Shown here: positions 19,407-28,789 of the stretch, one piece after another
Layout: each line of letters begins with the position of its first letter
Numbering within the stretch: position 1 is the first letter of the stretch
NCBI GenBank assembly: GCA_038881595.1
Contig: JAVZPM010000001.1
Location: forward strand, 256,001-320,000
Origin: Candidatus Micrarchaeia archaeon
GTDB taxonomy: Archaea; Micrarchaeota; Micrarchaeia; CABMEP01
Direction of reading: 5' to 3'
DNA: 64,000 bases
Made by a program: the position numbers and the translations under genes
Notes under the pieces: model-generated
Told to the model about the DNA's origin: nothing
The model's database searches: none
The model's input: the letters and a program-made list of their open reading frames with translations, nothing else

Positions 19407-19580
19407 ATGATAATGGATATAACAAATATAAGATTGGATGAAGTTAGTGCCATAATGTCAAAAATGGACAAGTTAGGTATGTCTTCAAAAATAGAGAGAA
19501 AAGATGGCAGATTCCTTCTTGTTTTGAATGAAAAAAACGAGAAAAAAGAAGTTAAACCTCCGACTCTTTTAGATTGGTAA
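19407..19580 (+). CDS. Small hypothetical protein (57 aa) with PIP-box-like C-terminus
   Basis: GGTGA at 19396-19400, TATA-like TTTAAATA near 19369; MIMDITNIRLDEVSAIMSKMDKLG...KPPTLLDW; below ORF-track cutoff. Confidence 0.65.
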   Translation: MIMDITNIRLDEVSAIMSKMDKLGMSSKIERKDGRFLLVLNEKNEKKEVKPPTLLDW

Positions 19581-19669
19581 TTAATAATATGTGGTTTTTA
19601 ATCACCATTCCTGCAGTCGCCTCATCTATTTTTATTTATAATCGATGTTAATTATGATAATAGATATTT

Positions 19670-20752
19670 ATGAAAACTGGCTATACAGACCTTCCATTGC
19701 ATTATGGAAATGCACCAAAATGGCTTTTTTCTAGGATGGTTGAGTTAAGCAGAATTGTTTATGTAGCGATTGAAAGAGAATATGGGAAAGACGAATTTTT
19801 GAAAAGAATGTCAGATCCATTCTGGTTTCAATGTCTTGCATGTGTTCTTGGTTTTGATTTTCATAGTTCAGGAACCACTACTGTAACATGTGGAGCATTG
19901 AAGGAAGCATTGTCTATAGAAGAACACGGAATAGAATTTTTGGGTGGAAAGGGAAAGTCTGCAATAAATGTAAAAGAAGAAATCAATCATTTAGCAGAGA
20001 GAATAAATATTTCACAAAATAAATTGGACTTACTTCTTTATGCAAGCAAGATCTCTGCAAAGGTTGATAACTCATTAATTCAGGATGGATATCAGCTATA
20101 TCATCATTCCTTTATAGTTACAGAAGATGGAAGATGGGCAGTTATACAGCAGGGTTTGAATAGCGATACTAGGTATGCAAGAAGATACCATTGGCTTGAT
20201 GAAAAGGTATCTGATTTTGTCGTAGAACCACATGCAGCAATATGTTGTGATGAACGAAAAAAGTGCTTGAATCTAACTGCTTTTGAAAGTGAAGAATCTA
20301 GAAGATCAATAGTCGATCTTGCAAAAGAAGCACCAGGAAGATTAATTGCAAAGACAAAGGATCTAAAACAAACTACTCTTTTAGAATATGGATTTACAAT
20401 GCAGTCTAGGCATGAAATTGATTTGCATTTGTATCAAAGACTTATGGATTTGAATGAATTCAATCCATCTAAATTCGAAGAGATTATAACCTATCCAGGA
20501 GTTGGTCCAAAAACAATCAGAGCCTTGGCATTGCTAAGCGAACTGATATATGGTTCGAAACCTTCTTGGAGAGATCCAGTAAAATATTCATTTGCATTAG
20601 GCGGGAAGGACGGATATCCGTATCCTGTAGACAGAAAAACTTATGACAATACAATAGAATTCCTAAATGATGCAATATCTAATTCCAACCTAAGTGAAAA
20701 AGAAAAACTGAACGCTATGAAAAGATTAAATAATTTATATACCAATCTATGA
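19670..20752 (+). CDS. DUF763 family protein (HhH motif)
   Basis: DLPLHYG.AP.WLF.RM, FDFHSSGTTT, YQLYHH, PGVGPKT, FALGGKDG.PYPVD. Confidence 0.9.
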   Translation: MKTGYTDLPLHYGNAPKWLFSRMVELSRIVYVAIEREYGKDEFLKRMSDPFWFQCLACVLGFDFHSSGTTTVTCGALKEALSIEEHGIEFLGGKGKSAINVKEEINHLAERINISQNKLDLLLYASKISAKVDNSLIQDGYQLYHHSFIVTEDGRWAVIQQGLNSDTRYARRYHWLDEKVSDFVVEPHAAICCDERKKCLNLTAFESEESRRSIVDLAKEAPGRLIAKTKDLKQTTLLEYGFTMQSRHEIDLHLYQRLMDLNEFNPSKFEEIITYPGVGPKTIRALALLSELIYGSKPSWRDPVKYSFALGGKDGYPYPVDRKTYDNTIEFLNDAISNSNLSEKEKLNAMKRLNNLYTNL

Positions 20753-20832
20753 AATAAGGTAAACACTACAAAGAAAGATATTTAACTAACATGAATTGAG
20801 GGATAGGACATAAAAATAAGCAAGGTGCGGTC

Positions 20833-21114
20833 ATGTTCGAATTAGCAGGCATAATTGGAATGATATTAATCGTTTTAGCTTGGATACCCCAAACATTAAG
20901 AACGATCAAGACGAAAAGAGTTGGGATCGAGCCAATGTTTCTTTGGTTTTATTTATTTGGCTGTATCGGTCTGATTATATATTCCATTTACATTAACGAT
21001 CCGATCTTTATAGGTTTGAATTCGATATCTTTCTTACTCAATTTAATCAATGTTTATTATTATAGAATGGGTGAAACTTCAAATCAGTTAAAAAAAGGAT
21101 TGAAAAATAGATAA
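20833..21114 (+). CDS. SemiSWEET/PQ-loop family transporter
   Basis: 93 aa, three TM helices, WIPQ motif. Confidence 0.8.
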   Translation: MFELAGIIGMILIVLAWIPQTLRTIKTKRVGIEPMFLWFYLFGCIGLIIYSIYINDPIFIGLNSISFLLNLINVYYYRMGETSNQLKKGLKNR

Positions 21115-21219
21115 TATAATAGTCTTATAGCAAGATATTTTCATCAAGCATAGGTATTTTTATATCTTTATGATGAATATATAATATCGTTTTTTTAAAC
21201 TAAAAAGGACGTTGATTTT

Positions 21220-21612
21220 ATGAAGATTGTTATATCGTATAAAGAAAACTCATATCAAACAGAGATTCCAAAGGAGAAGGAAGCACATCTTTACGGAATA
21301 AAGATTGGGGACCAAATAGATGGGTCTCTGATAGGAGCTGCAGGTTACACTCTAAAACTTAGGGGCGGTTCAGACAAAGATGGATTTCCTATGAAAGCTG
21401 ATTTATTAGGGGGTGGAAGAAAAAGCATTCTTCTATCTCCAGGAGTAGGTTTTCCAAAAGGCAAGAAAGGAGAAAGAGTAAGAAGATTAGTGAGAGGAAA
21501 CACGGTAACTGAATCAATAGCACAACTAAATTTTGTTGTAGTAAAAGAGGGACCCACTCCTTTAGATCAACTATTCCCAAGAAAAGAAAAGAAAGAGGAA
21601 AAGAAGGAATAG
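21220..21612 (+). CDS. rps6e: 30S ribosomal protein S6e
   Basis: GGSDKDGFPM, GERVRRLVRG. Confidence 0.97.
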   Translation: MKIVISYKENSYQTEIPKEKEAHLYGIKIGDQIDGSLIGAAGYTLKLRGGSDKDGFPMKADLLGGGRKSILLSPGVGFPKGKKGERVRRLVRGNTVTESIAQLNFVVVKEGPTPLDQLFPRKEKKEEKKE

Positions 21613-21660
21613 TTGTTAATTTTTTTATTTAAATTATTTTATTATATTTATGGTGTAGAA

Positions 21661-22854
21661 ATGCAGGCAGAGCTTAATATAGGACTTCTTGGACATGTAG
21701 ATCATGGAAAGACAAGCATTACAAAGATGCTTACTGGTACATGGACAGATGTCCATAGTATGGAAGTAAAGAGAGGAATCACCATAAAATTAGGATATGC
21801 TGAAATGACAACTAAGAAATGCGAAAAATGTGATTTTTACACTACTTCTGATAAATGCCCAAAATGTGAAGGAAAAACAATTCCACTGAGGAAAATTTCA
21901 TTTGTGGACGCTCCAGGCCATGAAACTTTAATGGCCACAGTAATTTCAGCATCATCCATACTCGATGGCGCATTGCTAATAATTGCTGCAAATGAACCAT
22001 GTCCACAACCACAGACAAAAGAGCACAAAATGGTGCTTGAGATATTAGGTGTAAAAAATCTTGTAGTGGTGCAGAACAAGATAGATCTTGTTTCAAAGGA
22101 AAAGGCAAAGGAACATTATAAGCAAATAAAGGAATTTCTTAAGGGTTCAATTTATGAGAATGCCCCAATTATTCCAGTAGCAGCGAATTATAATGCAAAT
22201 TTAGATGTTCTTCTTAGAGCAATAGAAGAGTATATTCCAACTCCAAAAAGAGACAAATCAGAGAAACCTCTTTTCTTTGTTGCCCGTTCATTTGATGTTA
22301 ATAAGCCAGGTACACCTATAGATAAACTTGTCGGAGGAGTTGTAGGTGGATCAATAGTTTCTGGAACACTAAAAGTTGGAGATGAGATAGAATTAGCACC
22401 TGGAATAGTTAGGATTTCAAAGACAAATCCAGAAATAATAAAGACAAAGATAGTAGCAATGTTCGCAGGTCAATCAAAATTGAGCGAGGCAGGCCCTGGA
22501 GGACTTGTCGCCATTCAGACAGATCTTGATCCTTCTTTAGCAAAGGCGGATGGGTTAATAGGTAATGTTATAAGCACTGTTGGAAATCTCCCACCATTGC
22601 ATAATTCGCTGAAAATTGAATATTCGTTGTTAAGTCGTGTAGATTATGAAAATTCAAGCATTAAAGAAGGTGAAATGATTGTAATTTCAGCAGGAACTGC
22701 TACTACACTAGGCGTTGCTCAAAAGGTAAAGAAAAATAAAATGGAAGTTGTGCTTAAGAGACCAATAGCGGCACCTATCGGCTCAAAAATAGCAATATCG
22801 AGAAGGGTTAATCAAAGGTGGCGACTTGCAGGCGCAGGTAAAATTCTAGAATGA
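21661..22854 (+). CDS. eif2g: Translation initiation factor 2 gamma subunit
   Basis: GHVDHGKT, RGITIKLGY, Zn ribbon, DAPGHE, PQPQTKEH, NKID; ATG 21661. Confidence 0.97.
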   Translation: MQAELNIGLLGHVDHGKTSITKMLTGTWTDVHSMEVKRGITIKLGYAEMTTKKCEKCDFYTTSDKCPKCEGKTIPLRKISFVDAPGHETLMATVISASSILDGALLIIAANEPCPQPQTKEHKMVLEILGVKNLVVVQNKIDLVSKEKAKEHYKQIKEFLKGSIYENAPIIPVAANYNANLDVLLRAIEEYIPTPKRDKSEKPLFFVARSFDVNKPGTPIDKLVGGVVGGSIVSGTLKVGDEIELAPGIVRISKTNPEIIKTKIVAMFAGQSKLSEAGPGGLVAIQTDLDPSLAKADGLIGNVISTVGNLPPLHNSLKIEYSLLSRVDYENSSIKEGEMIVISAGTATTLGVAQKVKKNKMEVVLKRPIAAPIGSKIAISRRVNQRWRLAGAGKILE

Positions 22855-22917
22855 TTCTAGAATGAGGATTTTATTAATAAAAAAATAAAATTAAAAATAA
22901 AAACAAGAAAAAGAAAA

Positions 22918-23100
22918 TTAATTCTTATTTTCAGTTTGGATCTTTGTTCTAGTCCATTTAAGTTTAGTGGGTTTTCGTTTAAGGTTTAGCATATTTTTCA
23001 TGCATTTTCCTGAATCAAAATAAAACATAGTGCCGTCAGTTTTTACATATACTAATCCAGATCCTTTCTTTATCTCTTTATTGCAGAATGAACACTTCAT
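22918..23100 (-). CDS. rpl24e: 50S ribosomal protein L24e
   Basis: CSFC..I..G.G..YV..DG, LKRKPTKLKWT. Confidence 0.95.
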   Translation of the reverse strand: MKCSFCNKEIKKGSGLVYVKTDGTMFYFDSGKCMKNMLNLKRKPTKLKWTRTKIQTENKN

Positions 23101-23131
23101 AATAACACCTATAATTCAATTGCAATAATTA

Positions 23132-23440
23132 TTACTTGCTCTTGATCTGCTTTGCCTCTCTTTCTGTATCAACAAGAAGTAATATGTCTCCTACTTTAAC
23201 CTGACCCTTAACATTTCTTCTTATAACTCTTCCTTTATCTCTACCATCTAATATTCTGCACATCACTTGTCTAACCTCCCCACAAGTTCCAGTTTTCCCT
23301 ATTAGTTCTATAACTTCCCCTCTGTATCCATTAAGCTGTTGTTGTTCAGTTTGGCTTTGTTGGACCTCTTGCTTTGTGGATGGTGAGGTTTCTTTCTTTT
23401 TTGTTTCTTTTTTACCCTCAGCTTTCTTTTCTTCTGCCAT
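23132..23440 (-). CDS. rps28e: 30S ribosomal protein S28e with charged N-terminal extension
   Basis: [29 protein letters not shown]. Confidence 0.95.
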   Translation of the reverse strand: MAEEKKAEGKKETKKKETSPSTKQEVQQSQTEQQQLNGYRGEVIELIGKTGTCGEVRQVMCRILDGRDKGRVIRRNVKGQVKVGDILLLVDTEREAKQIKSK

Positions 23441-23462
23441 TAATATCACCTTAACATATCAA

Positions 23463-23912
23463 TTATTCTTTTTTCTTTCCTTTCTTTTCCTTAGCAAGTT
23501 TTGTAGGTTTCTGTTCTTTTTCTTCCTTCTTTTCTTCTTTTACAGAAGCTGGCATTTTCTGACCGAGCTTTACTACAATATCTTCAATTTCTCCTTTTGC
23601 TCCACCAAGATCTTCTATTGCTATTGCTGCACAACTTACATTTATTCCAGCAGCCTTTCCAAGTTCTGCTTTTGTTGGAACATATACGAAAGGAATTCCT
23701 TTTTCTTCGCAAAGAATTGGAAGGTGCATTACAATTTCTTCTGGATTAACATCAGCTGCTATTACAACTATCTTTGCCTTTCCAGATTCTATAGACTTTG
23801 TTGTCTCATTAGCACCTTTTCTTATCTTTCCAGTATCTTTTGCAACGCTCACAGCGTTGATTATTCTGTCTGATATTTCTTTTGGTACTTCAAATTTAAC
23901 ATAGCTTGCCAT
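23463..23912 (-). CDS. rpl7ae: 50S ribosomal protein L7Ae
   Basis: GKIRKGANETTKSIESG, IAADVNPEEIVMHLP, LGKAAG. Confidence 0.97.
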   Translation of the reverse strand: MASYVKFEVPKEISDRIINAVSVAKDTGKIRKGANETTKSIESGKAKIVVIAADVNPEEIVMHLPILCEEKGIPFVYVPTKAELGKAAGINVSCAAIAIEDLGGAKGEIEDIVVKLGQKMPASVKEEKKEEKEQKPTKLAKEKKGKKKE

Positions 23913-23928
23913 ACTCTCACACCTCTTA

Positions 23929-23976
23929 GTTCATAGAGTATGCATAGTGCATACTTGCATCAAAATGCAATAGAAC
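23929..23976 (-). promoter_or_regulatory. Structured 5' leader of rpl7ae (two perfect hairpins closed by a short stem)
   Basis: Minus strand: TTGCAT-TTTG-ATGCAA and AGTATGCA-CTA-TGCATACT, enclosed by GTTC...GAAC. Confidence 0.55.
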
Positions 23977-24060
23977 AAATAGATAAATATATTATGTGTT
24001 AATCATTTATAATCTTTGCTGTTTTATACTCTCCTGCTCAATTTAAAGATACTAGAAATA

Positions 24061-26019
24061 CTAAACAACGAGAAATACTTCTTTGATACCTGGAATCTTT
24101 TTAACTTCGTTCTTTATTTTTTCAATTTGTTCATTGGAATTATATGCGAGAACTAAATTTATCATTATTCTTTCGTCTTTTGTTTCACTTATGTTTATTT
24201 TTTTAATCTCAATTTTTTGACCCATAATAAGTTTTATTAAATCAGATAGTAATTTAGGTCTATCTTCGCTCACTAAATTCATTTTTTGTAAATAAATATT
24301 TGTCTGCATTTCCCATCTTGCATTTATTTTTCTTTTGAATTCTGCTGTCTTTTCAAATGTTTTACAATCAGCTCTATGAATTGTATATCTACCGTCTTTT
24401 GGTGGATATGTAACAATTTTATCATTGATAGTTGGATTACAACATTTTGCAATATTTATATTAGGTGAATTTATTTGTGCAATTAATTCTCCATTTTCCA
24501 TTCTTGCTTTCTTTCCACGTTCTGATATTGCAACTTCTGTTTCTTTACTAATATTTTTCTTAGGTCCAATAAGGTTCAAAGCTGCTCTAATCTTGGCTTT
24601 AGCTTTTGAAGTTTTAACTATTCCAAGCCAATTTATATTAACCTTTTGCTGGGGAGAAGTTAGTACTTCAACAATATCCCCATCATTGAGAACTTGATTA
24701 AACGGCACAATTTTTCCATTTACTTTTATTTTATCTGCATTTAAACCTATAGACGTGTGCAATGCAAATGCAAAATCAAGTGCAGTAGATCCGTTAGGTA
24801 ATTCAATCATGTCTCCTTTTGGTGTAAAAACTACGACACCTCTTTCAAATAATTCTATTTTTATTCCTTCAATATACTCATTTTCTTCTGTTATTTGTTT
24901 TTGCCATTCTAATAAATTCTTCATCCATTCTATTTTTTTATCGAATTCTTCTTCACCATGACCTTTGTATTTCCAATGTGCAGCTATACCTACTTCAGCG
25001 ATTCTATCCATTTCTTCTGTTCTTATCTGTGCTTCTATATTCTGTCCATTTTCAGTTAAGAAATTTATATGGATTGATTGATACATATTTGATTTCGGTG
25101 ATGCAATATAGTCATCAAGACTTTCTGGGATTATTTTATAATTTTCACTAATTATCTCTAATATTCTATAGCAGTCACTTACTCTCTTGGTTATTATTCT
25201 TATAGCAAATAAATCCATCAATTGGTCAAAGGTAAGTTCTTTTCTTTTCATCTTCCTGTATATCGAATATATGTGTTTTTCTCTGCTCTTTACTATTACA
25301 TCTATACCTCTAGCTTTGAGCAATTTTTCTATTTCATTTCTTATTCTTTCTGTTTCTTTTTCTTTTCCTTTTCTTTTTTCTTCTAATGCATTTTTTATTT
25401 GTAAATAAGCTTCCGGTTCCATCACAGAAAGATAAAGATCTTCAAGTTCATTTTTTATTTTTGTTATATTAAGTTTATGTGCTATAGGTATATAGATTTC
25501 AAATGTTTCTTCTGCCATTCTTTTTTGTTTATGTTCTGGTAAGAATGAAATAGTTCGCATGTTATGAAGTCTATCAGCTAGTTTTATTATTATAATTCTT
25601 ACATCTTTACTAAGTACTAAAAGCATTTTTCTTATATTCTCAGCTTCTGCCTGTTCAAGCTTTAGGAACGGTATTTTACCTATTTTTGTTAGTCCATCAA
25701 CTATTTTGGCAACTTGTTCTCCAAACTCTTTTTCAATAGTACTAATAGGTATTCCAACCTCTCTACAAACGTCATGAAGAATTGCTGCTTGAATTGAAAT
25801 CGTATCATTAAGATAATCTGAAACTATTTCTGCTACAGCTATACAATGCATAACATATGGTTCTCCAGATAGTCTATATTGATTTTTATGCGCTATAGAT
25901 GCAAATTCAATAGCTTTTCTCAATGCGTTTATATCTATTTTTTCATTTTCTTTTTTTACTTTTTCAACAAGTTTGTTAAATGCAGTTTCTATTTCTTCTT
26001 CTAATTGCATTTTTATCAC
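24061..26019 (-). CDS. rel: Long RelA/SpoT homologue, (p)ppGpp synthetase/hydrolase family (HD-SYNTH-TGS-ZFD-ACT)
   Basis: AHKNQYRLSGEPY, LHD, KLADRLHNMRT, KHIYSIYRKM, DLFAIRII, YQSIH, EAQIRT, GIAAHWKYK, VFTPKG, DFAFALHT, AKCCNP, IHRADC, C-terminal ACT. Confidence 0.95.
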   Translation of the reverse strand: MIKMQLEEEIETAFNKLVEKVKKENEKIDINALRKAIEFASIAHKNQYRLSGEPYVMHCIAVAEIVSDYLNDTISIQAAILHDVCREVGIPISTIEKEFGEQVAKIVDGLTKIGKIPFLKLEQAEAENIRKMLLVLSKDVRIIIIKLADRLHNMRTISFLPEHKQKRMAEETFEIYIPIAHKLNITKIKNELEDLYLSVMEPEAYLQIKNALEEKRKGKEKETERIRNEIEKLLKARGIDVIVKSREKHIYSIYRKMKRKELTFDQLMDLFAIRIITKRVSDCYRILEIISENYKIIPESLDDYIASPKSNMYQSIHINFLTENGQNIEAQIRTEEMDRIAEVGIAAHWKYKGHGEEEFDKKIEWMKNLLEWQKQITEENEYIEGIKIELFERGVVVFTPKGDMIELPNGSTALDFAFALHTSIGLNADKIKVNGKIVPFNQVLNDGDIVEVLTSPQQKVNINWLGIVKTSKAKAKIRAALNLIGPKKNISKETEVAISERGKKARMENGELIAQINSPNINIAKCCNPTINDKIVTYPPKDGRYTIHRADCKTFEKTAEFKRKINARWEMQTNIYLQKMNLVSEDRPKLLSDLIKLIMGQKIEIKKINISETKDERIMINLVLAYNSNEQIEKIKNEVKKIPGIKEVFLVV

Positions 26020-26528
26020 TCACTTTTTAGTAATTTTATAATTTCTTCTCCAAATTTCCTTGCGAATTTTGGTCCACTTGCAGTTATTATTTTTCCATCT
26101 ACTACAACTCCTTCATTTATGTAGTTTGCTCCTTTTTGTATCAGATTGTCTTTTTCAGATGGGAAAACTGTAGCATTTTTTCCTTTCAAGATCCCTGCAT
26201 TAGCCAAGATAGAAGGAGCAATACATATCGCACCAATGATCATTCCTTTCTTATAAGCATCTTCCGCAATTTTAAGCACGTATTTATCTTCAAAATATGT
26301 AGAAGCTCCGCTTCCACCTACAAAAACAACCGCCTTATAATTATTTATATTAACTTTTGTTATATCAATATCAATATTTACATTTCCACCTAGCATACCT
26401 GTAGATTTTTTGACTCCTTTTGAGGTTATCTCTACTTTGTACCCATTGGATTCAAAAATATTTTTAGGTTCAAATAACTCTTCATCTCTAAATTTATCTG
26501 GAGCTATTATCATCAGAATCTTATTCAT
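26016..26528 (-). CDS. DJ-1/PfpI family protein
   Basis: FRDEE, FVGGSG, GAICIAP (nucleophile Cys), DGKIITASGP. Confidence 0.92.
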   Translation of the reverse strand: MNKILMIIAPDKFRDEELFEPKNIFESNGYKVEITSKGVKKSTGMLGGNVNIDIDITKVNINNYKAVVFVGGSGASTYFEDKYVLKIAEDAYKKGMIIGAICIAPSILANAGILKGKNATVFPSEKDNLIQKGANYINEGVVVDGKIITASGPKFARKFGEEIIKLLKSE

Positions 26529-26628
26529 ACACTCACCATATCAATAGAATACTTATTATAATACATAAAAAATTAAAAAAACAACTTAATTACATTTTTA
26601 TTCATTTCTTTTCTTTTAATTAATTATA

Positions 26629-27094
26629 ATGGAAAATTATCAAAAATTTATAATCGCATTATTGATTCCATTTATAGCGGGTGGAATAGGTTCATTTTTA
26701 CCTATCCAGAAATAAGTTCATGGTATGCTGATCTATCAAAACCTTCATTTAATCCGCCTAATTGGATTTTTGGGCCGGTATGGACTTTGCTTTACTTATT
26801 AATAGGTATTTCTTTTTATTTAGTTTGGAAAAAGAAGGAAATAACTAATAATTTTAATACATATAAGTATTTTTTCTACAATTAATTCTTAATTCAGTTT
26901 GGTCAATATCCTTTTTTGGAATAAAGAATTTATTATTAGCTTTAATAATAATTGTATTACTCTGGATTTCAATTCTATTGACAATATTTTCATTCTATAG
27001 AGAGTCAAAGATTGCAGCTTATCTTCTTATTCCCTATATACTATGGGTAAGTTTTGCTTTAATTCTTAACTATTATGTTTATTTAATGAACTGA
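26629..27094 (+). pseudogene. tspO: TspO/MBR family gene with two frameshifts
   Basis: [38 protein letters not shown] and LLIPYILWVSFA split over three frames; breaks at T-runs 26695-26699 and 26870-26875. Confidence 0.85.
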
Positions 27095-27113
27095 TTTTAA
27101 TAGAAGAATAAAG

Positions 27114-27187
27114 TGCGGCGGCCGGGATTTGAACCCGGGTTGCAGCCTTGGCAAGGCCGCGTCCTAACCAGACTAGACTACCGCCGC
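27114..27187 (-). tRNA. tRNA-Gly(GCC)
   Basis: GCGGCGG acceptor stem, anticodon loop TTGCCAA, GGTTCAAATCC T-arm; CCA not encoded. Confidence 0.96.
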
Positions 27188-27247
27188 TAAATTTTTTAGA
27201 AAAGACATATAATTATACATCTCAGATTTTAAAAATCTATTGAATCT

Positions 27248-28561
27248 TTATAATCCGAGCAGTATTGCAATTGCAACTATCGCAACTGCAGCAACTACAA
27301 AAAGACCTACAAATATCTGAAATTCATTTGGAAGGCTTTGAATGTCTGTATATTTTTCAGAAAGGCTTTGCTCTATATGGACTCTTTCAAATGAAATTTC
27401 AGTTTTATTATACTCGGTTAAAAATGTATTAGGAAACGTATATCTAACATTAGGACTAAGAGGTGGGAGTCTTAGGTTGAATTCCATTTGATATATCTTT
27501 TTAGGTCCTAATATAATCTGTCTTGAACAACCAGAACATTCTACGGATAAAGGAGGAATAAAAACAGCATTTACAAAGATAGGGAATTCTTCTTTATTCA
27601 TGATTTTTATCAATGTCGGTTGATTTTGATCTAACGGAGGTTGCGGTGAAAATGTTATATATATATCAAGAGGATCTTCTTCAGTATAATTGATTATATC
27701 TATATTTACTGTCTCTTCCAAATAGATATGTTTTCCTTCTTTTGACAGTGCACTTATAGAATCATGCAAAACAGATATATCCTCTCCAGTTCCAGTTCTT
27801 ACTCTTAATGCATTTAGATTCATGAACTGATTATGCGTCGGATCAATTTCAATCCATCCATAATCTGGCACATATGTTTCAGTCCATGCATGCGGTATCC
27901 ATCTTCCATCAACATATACATAGCCAATTATCATGCGTGTTGAATAATTTTTAGCTCTTGCCATTGCAGCAAAAAGATTTGAAAGTTCATCACATACACC
28001 AGTTCTTTTTTCAAAAACCCAATCTGAAGGCATAGTTGCAGTAGTAATATCATCTATAGTGATATCAGTATAAGAAGCATTATATTTGATATTTTTGAAA
28101 ACCCAATTTTGCATATCATATAAGTCATAAGGTTTTTCTGAAACGAATATAGATGTAAAATTTCTTATTTTCTCATTTATAACAATATTTTGCGTTTCAT
28201 CTATATATTTTTTCTTTACACTATTAACCTCATTTCTTTTAATGTAATCGGTTTGAATTATAAAATTAGCAGTTATTCTTTTAGATCTTATACCATTGAA
28301 TTCAAATCTTATTTTAGATTCTGTTCCCTCAACTATTTTATATGGATCAGAAAAAGTTGCATTTAATATTTTTTGATTAGGTGAGTTTGTTGGGATAGTA
28401 ACATCAAGAACTCCATTTTCAAGCACTCCATCTCCAATAATGTCCCAACTCATAGTTACATTAAGTAGTGCTTTTGTTGGCTTTGCGTATATTAAAGTTA
28501 ATAGTGAAAGCAAGAAAATAGTAAGTATTACATATTTATTATATTGCCTAGAAATGTGCAT
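27248..28561 (-). CDS. Secreted, C-terminally anchored transglutaminase-like protein
   Basis: Signal peptide; triad motifs GVCDELS, PHAW, EIDPT; C-terminal TM helix. Confidence 0.88.
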   Translation of the reverse strand: MHISRQYNKYVILTIFLLSLLTLIYAKPTKALLNVTMSWDIIGDGVLENGVLDVTIPTNSPNQKILNATFSDPYKIVEGTESKIRFEFNGIRSKRITANFIIQTDYIKRNEVNSVKKKYIDETQNIVINEKIRNFTSIFVSEKPYDLYDMQNWVFKNIKYNASYTDITIDDITTATMPSDWVFEKRTGVCDELSNLFAAMARAKNYSTRMIIGYVYVDGRWIPHAWTETYVPDYGWIEIDPTHNQFMNLNALRVRTGTGEDISVLHDSISALSKEGKHIYLEETVNIDIINYTEEDPLDIYITFSPQPPLDQNQPTLIKIMNKEEFPIFVNAVFIPPLSVECSGCSRQIILGPKKIYQMEFNLRLPPLSPNVRYTFPNTFLTEYNKTEISFERVHIEQSLSEKYTDIQSLPNEFQIFVGLFVVAAVAIVAIAILLGL

Positions 28562-28620
28562 AAAATAATTATATAGAAAATTAATTAAATTTGTTTTATT
28601 TTAAAAATGATTAGTTTGCA

Positions 28621-28693
28621 TGCCGCGGGGCGGATTTGAACCACCAACCTTTCGGTCTTCAGCCGAATGCTCTCCCAATTGAGCTACCGCGGC
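28621..28693 (-). tRNA. tRNA-Phe(GAA)
   Basis: GCCGCGG acceptor stem, TTCGG-CTGAAGA-CCGAA anticodon arm, GGTTCAAATCC. Confidence 0.96.
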
Positions 28694-28789
28694 GATTTTC
28701 ATGAATATGTATTTATGTTGTTTAATCTTTAAATTATTTGCTATTTTAATTTCTGCTAACGTTATTAGAGATTAATAAACATAAAGATG

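Noticed and set aside
23376..23873. 165-aa Phe-rich plus-strand ORF
   Set aside because: Antisense shadow of Lys/Glu-rich rpl7ae and rps28e
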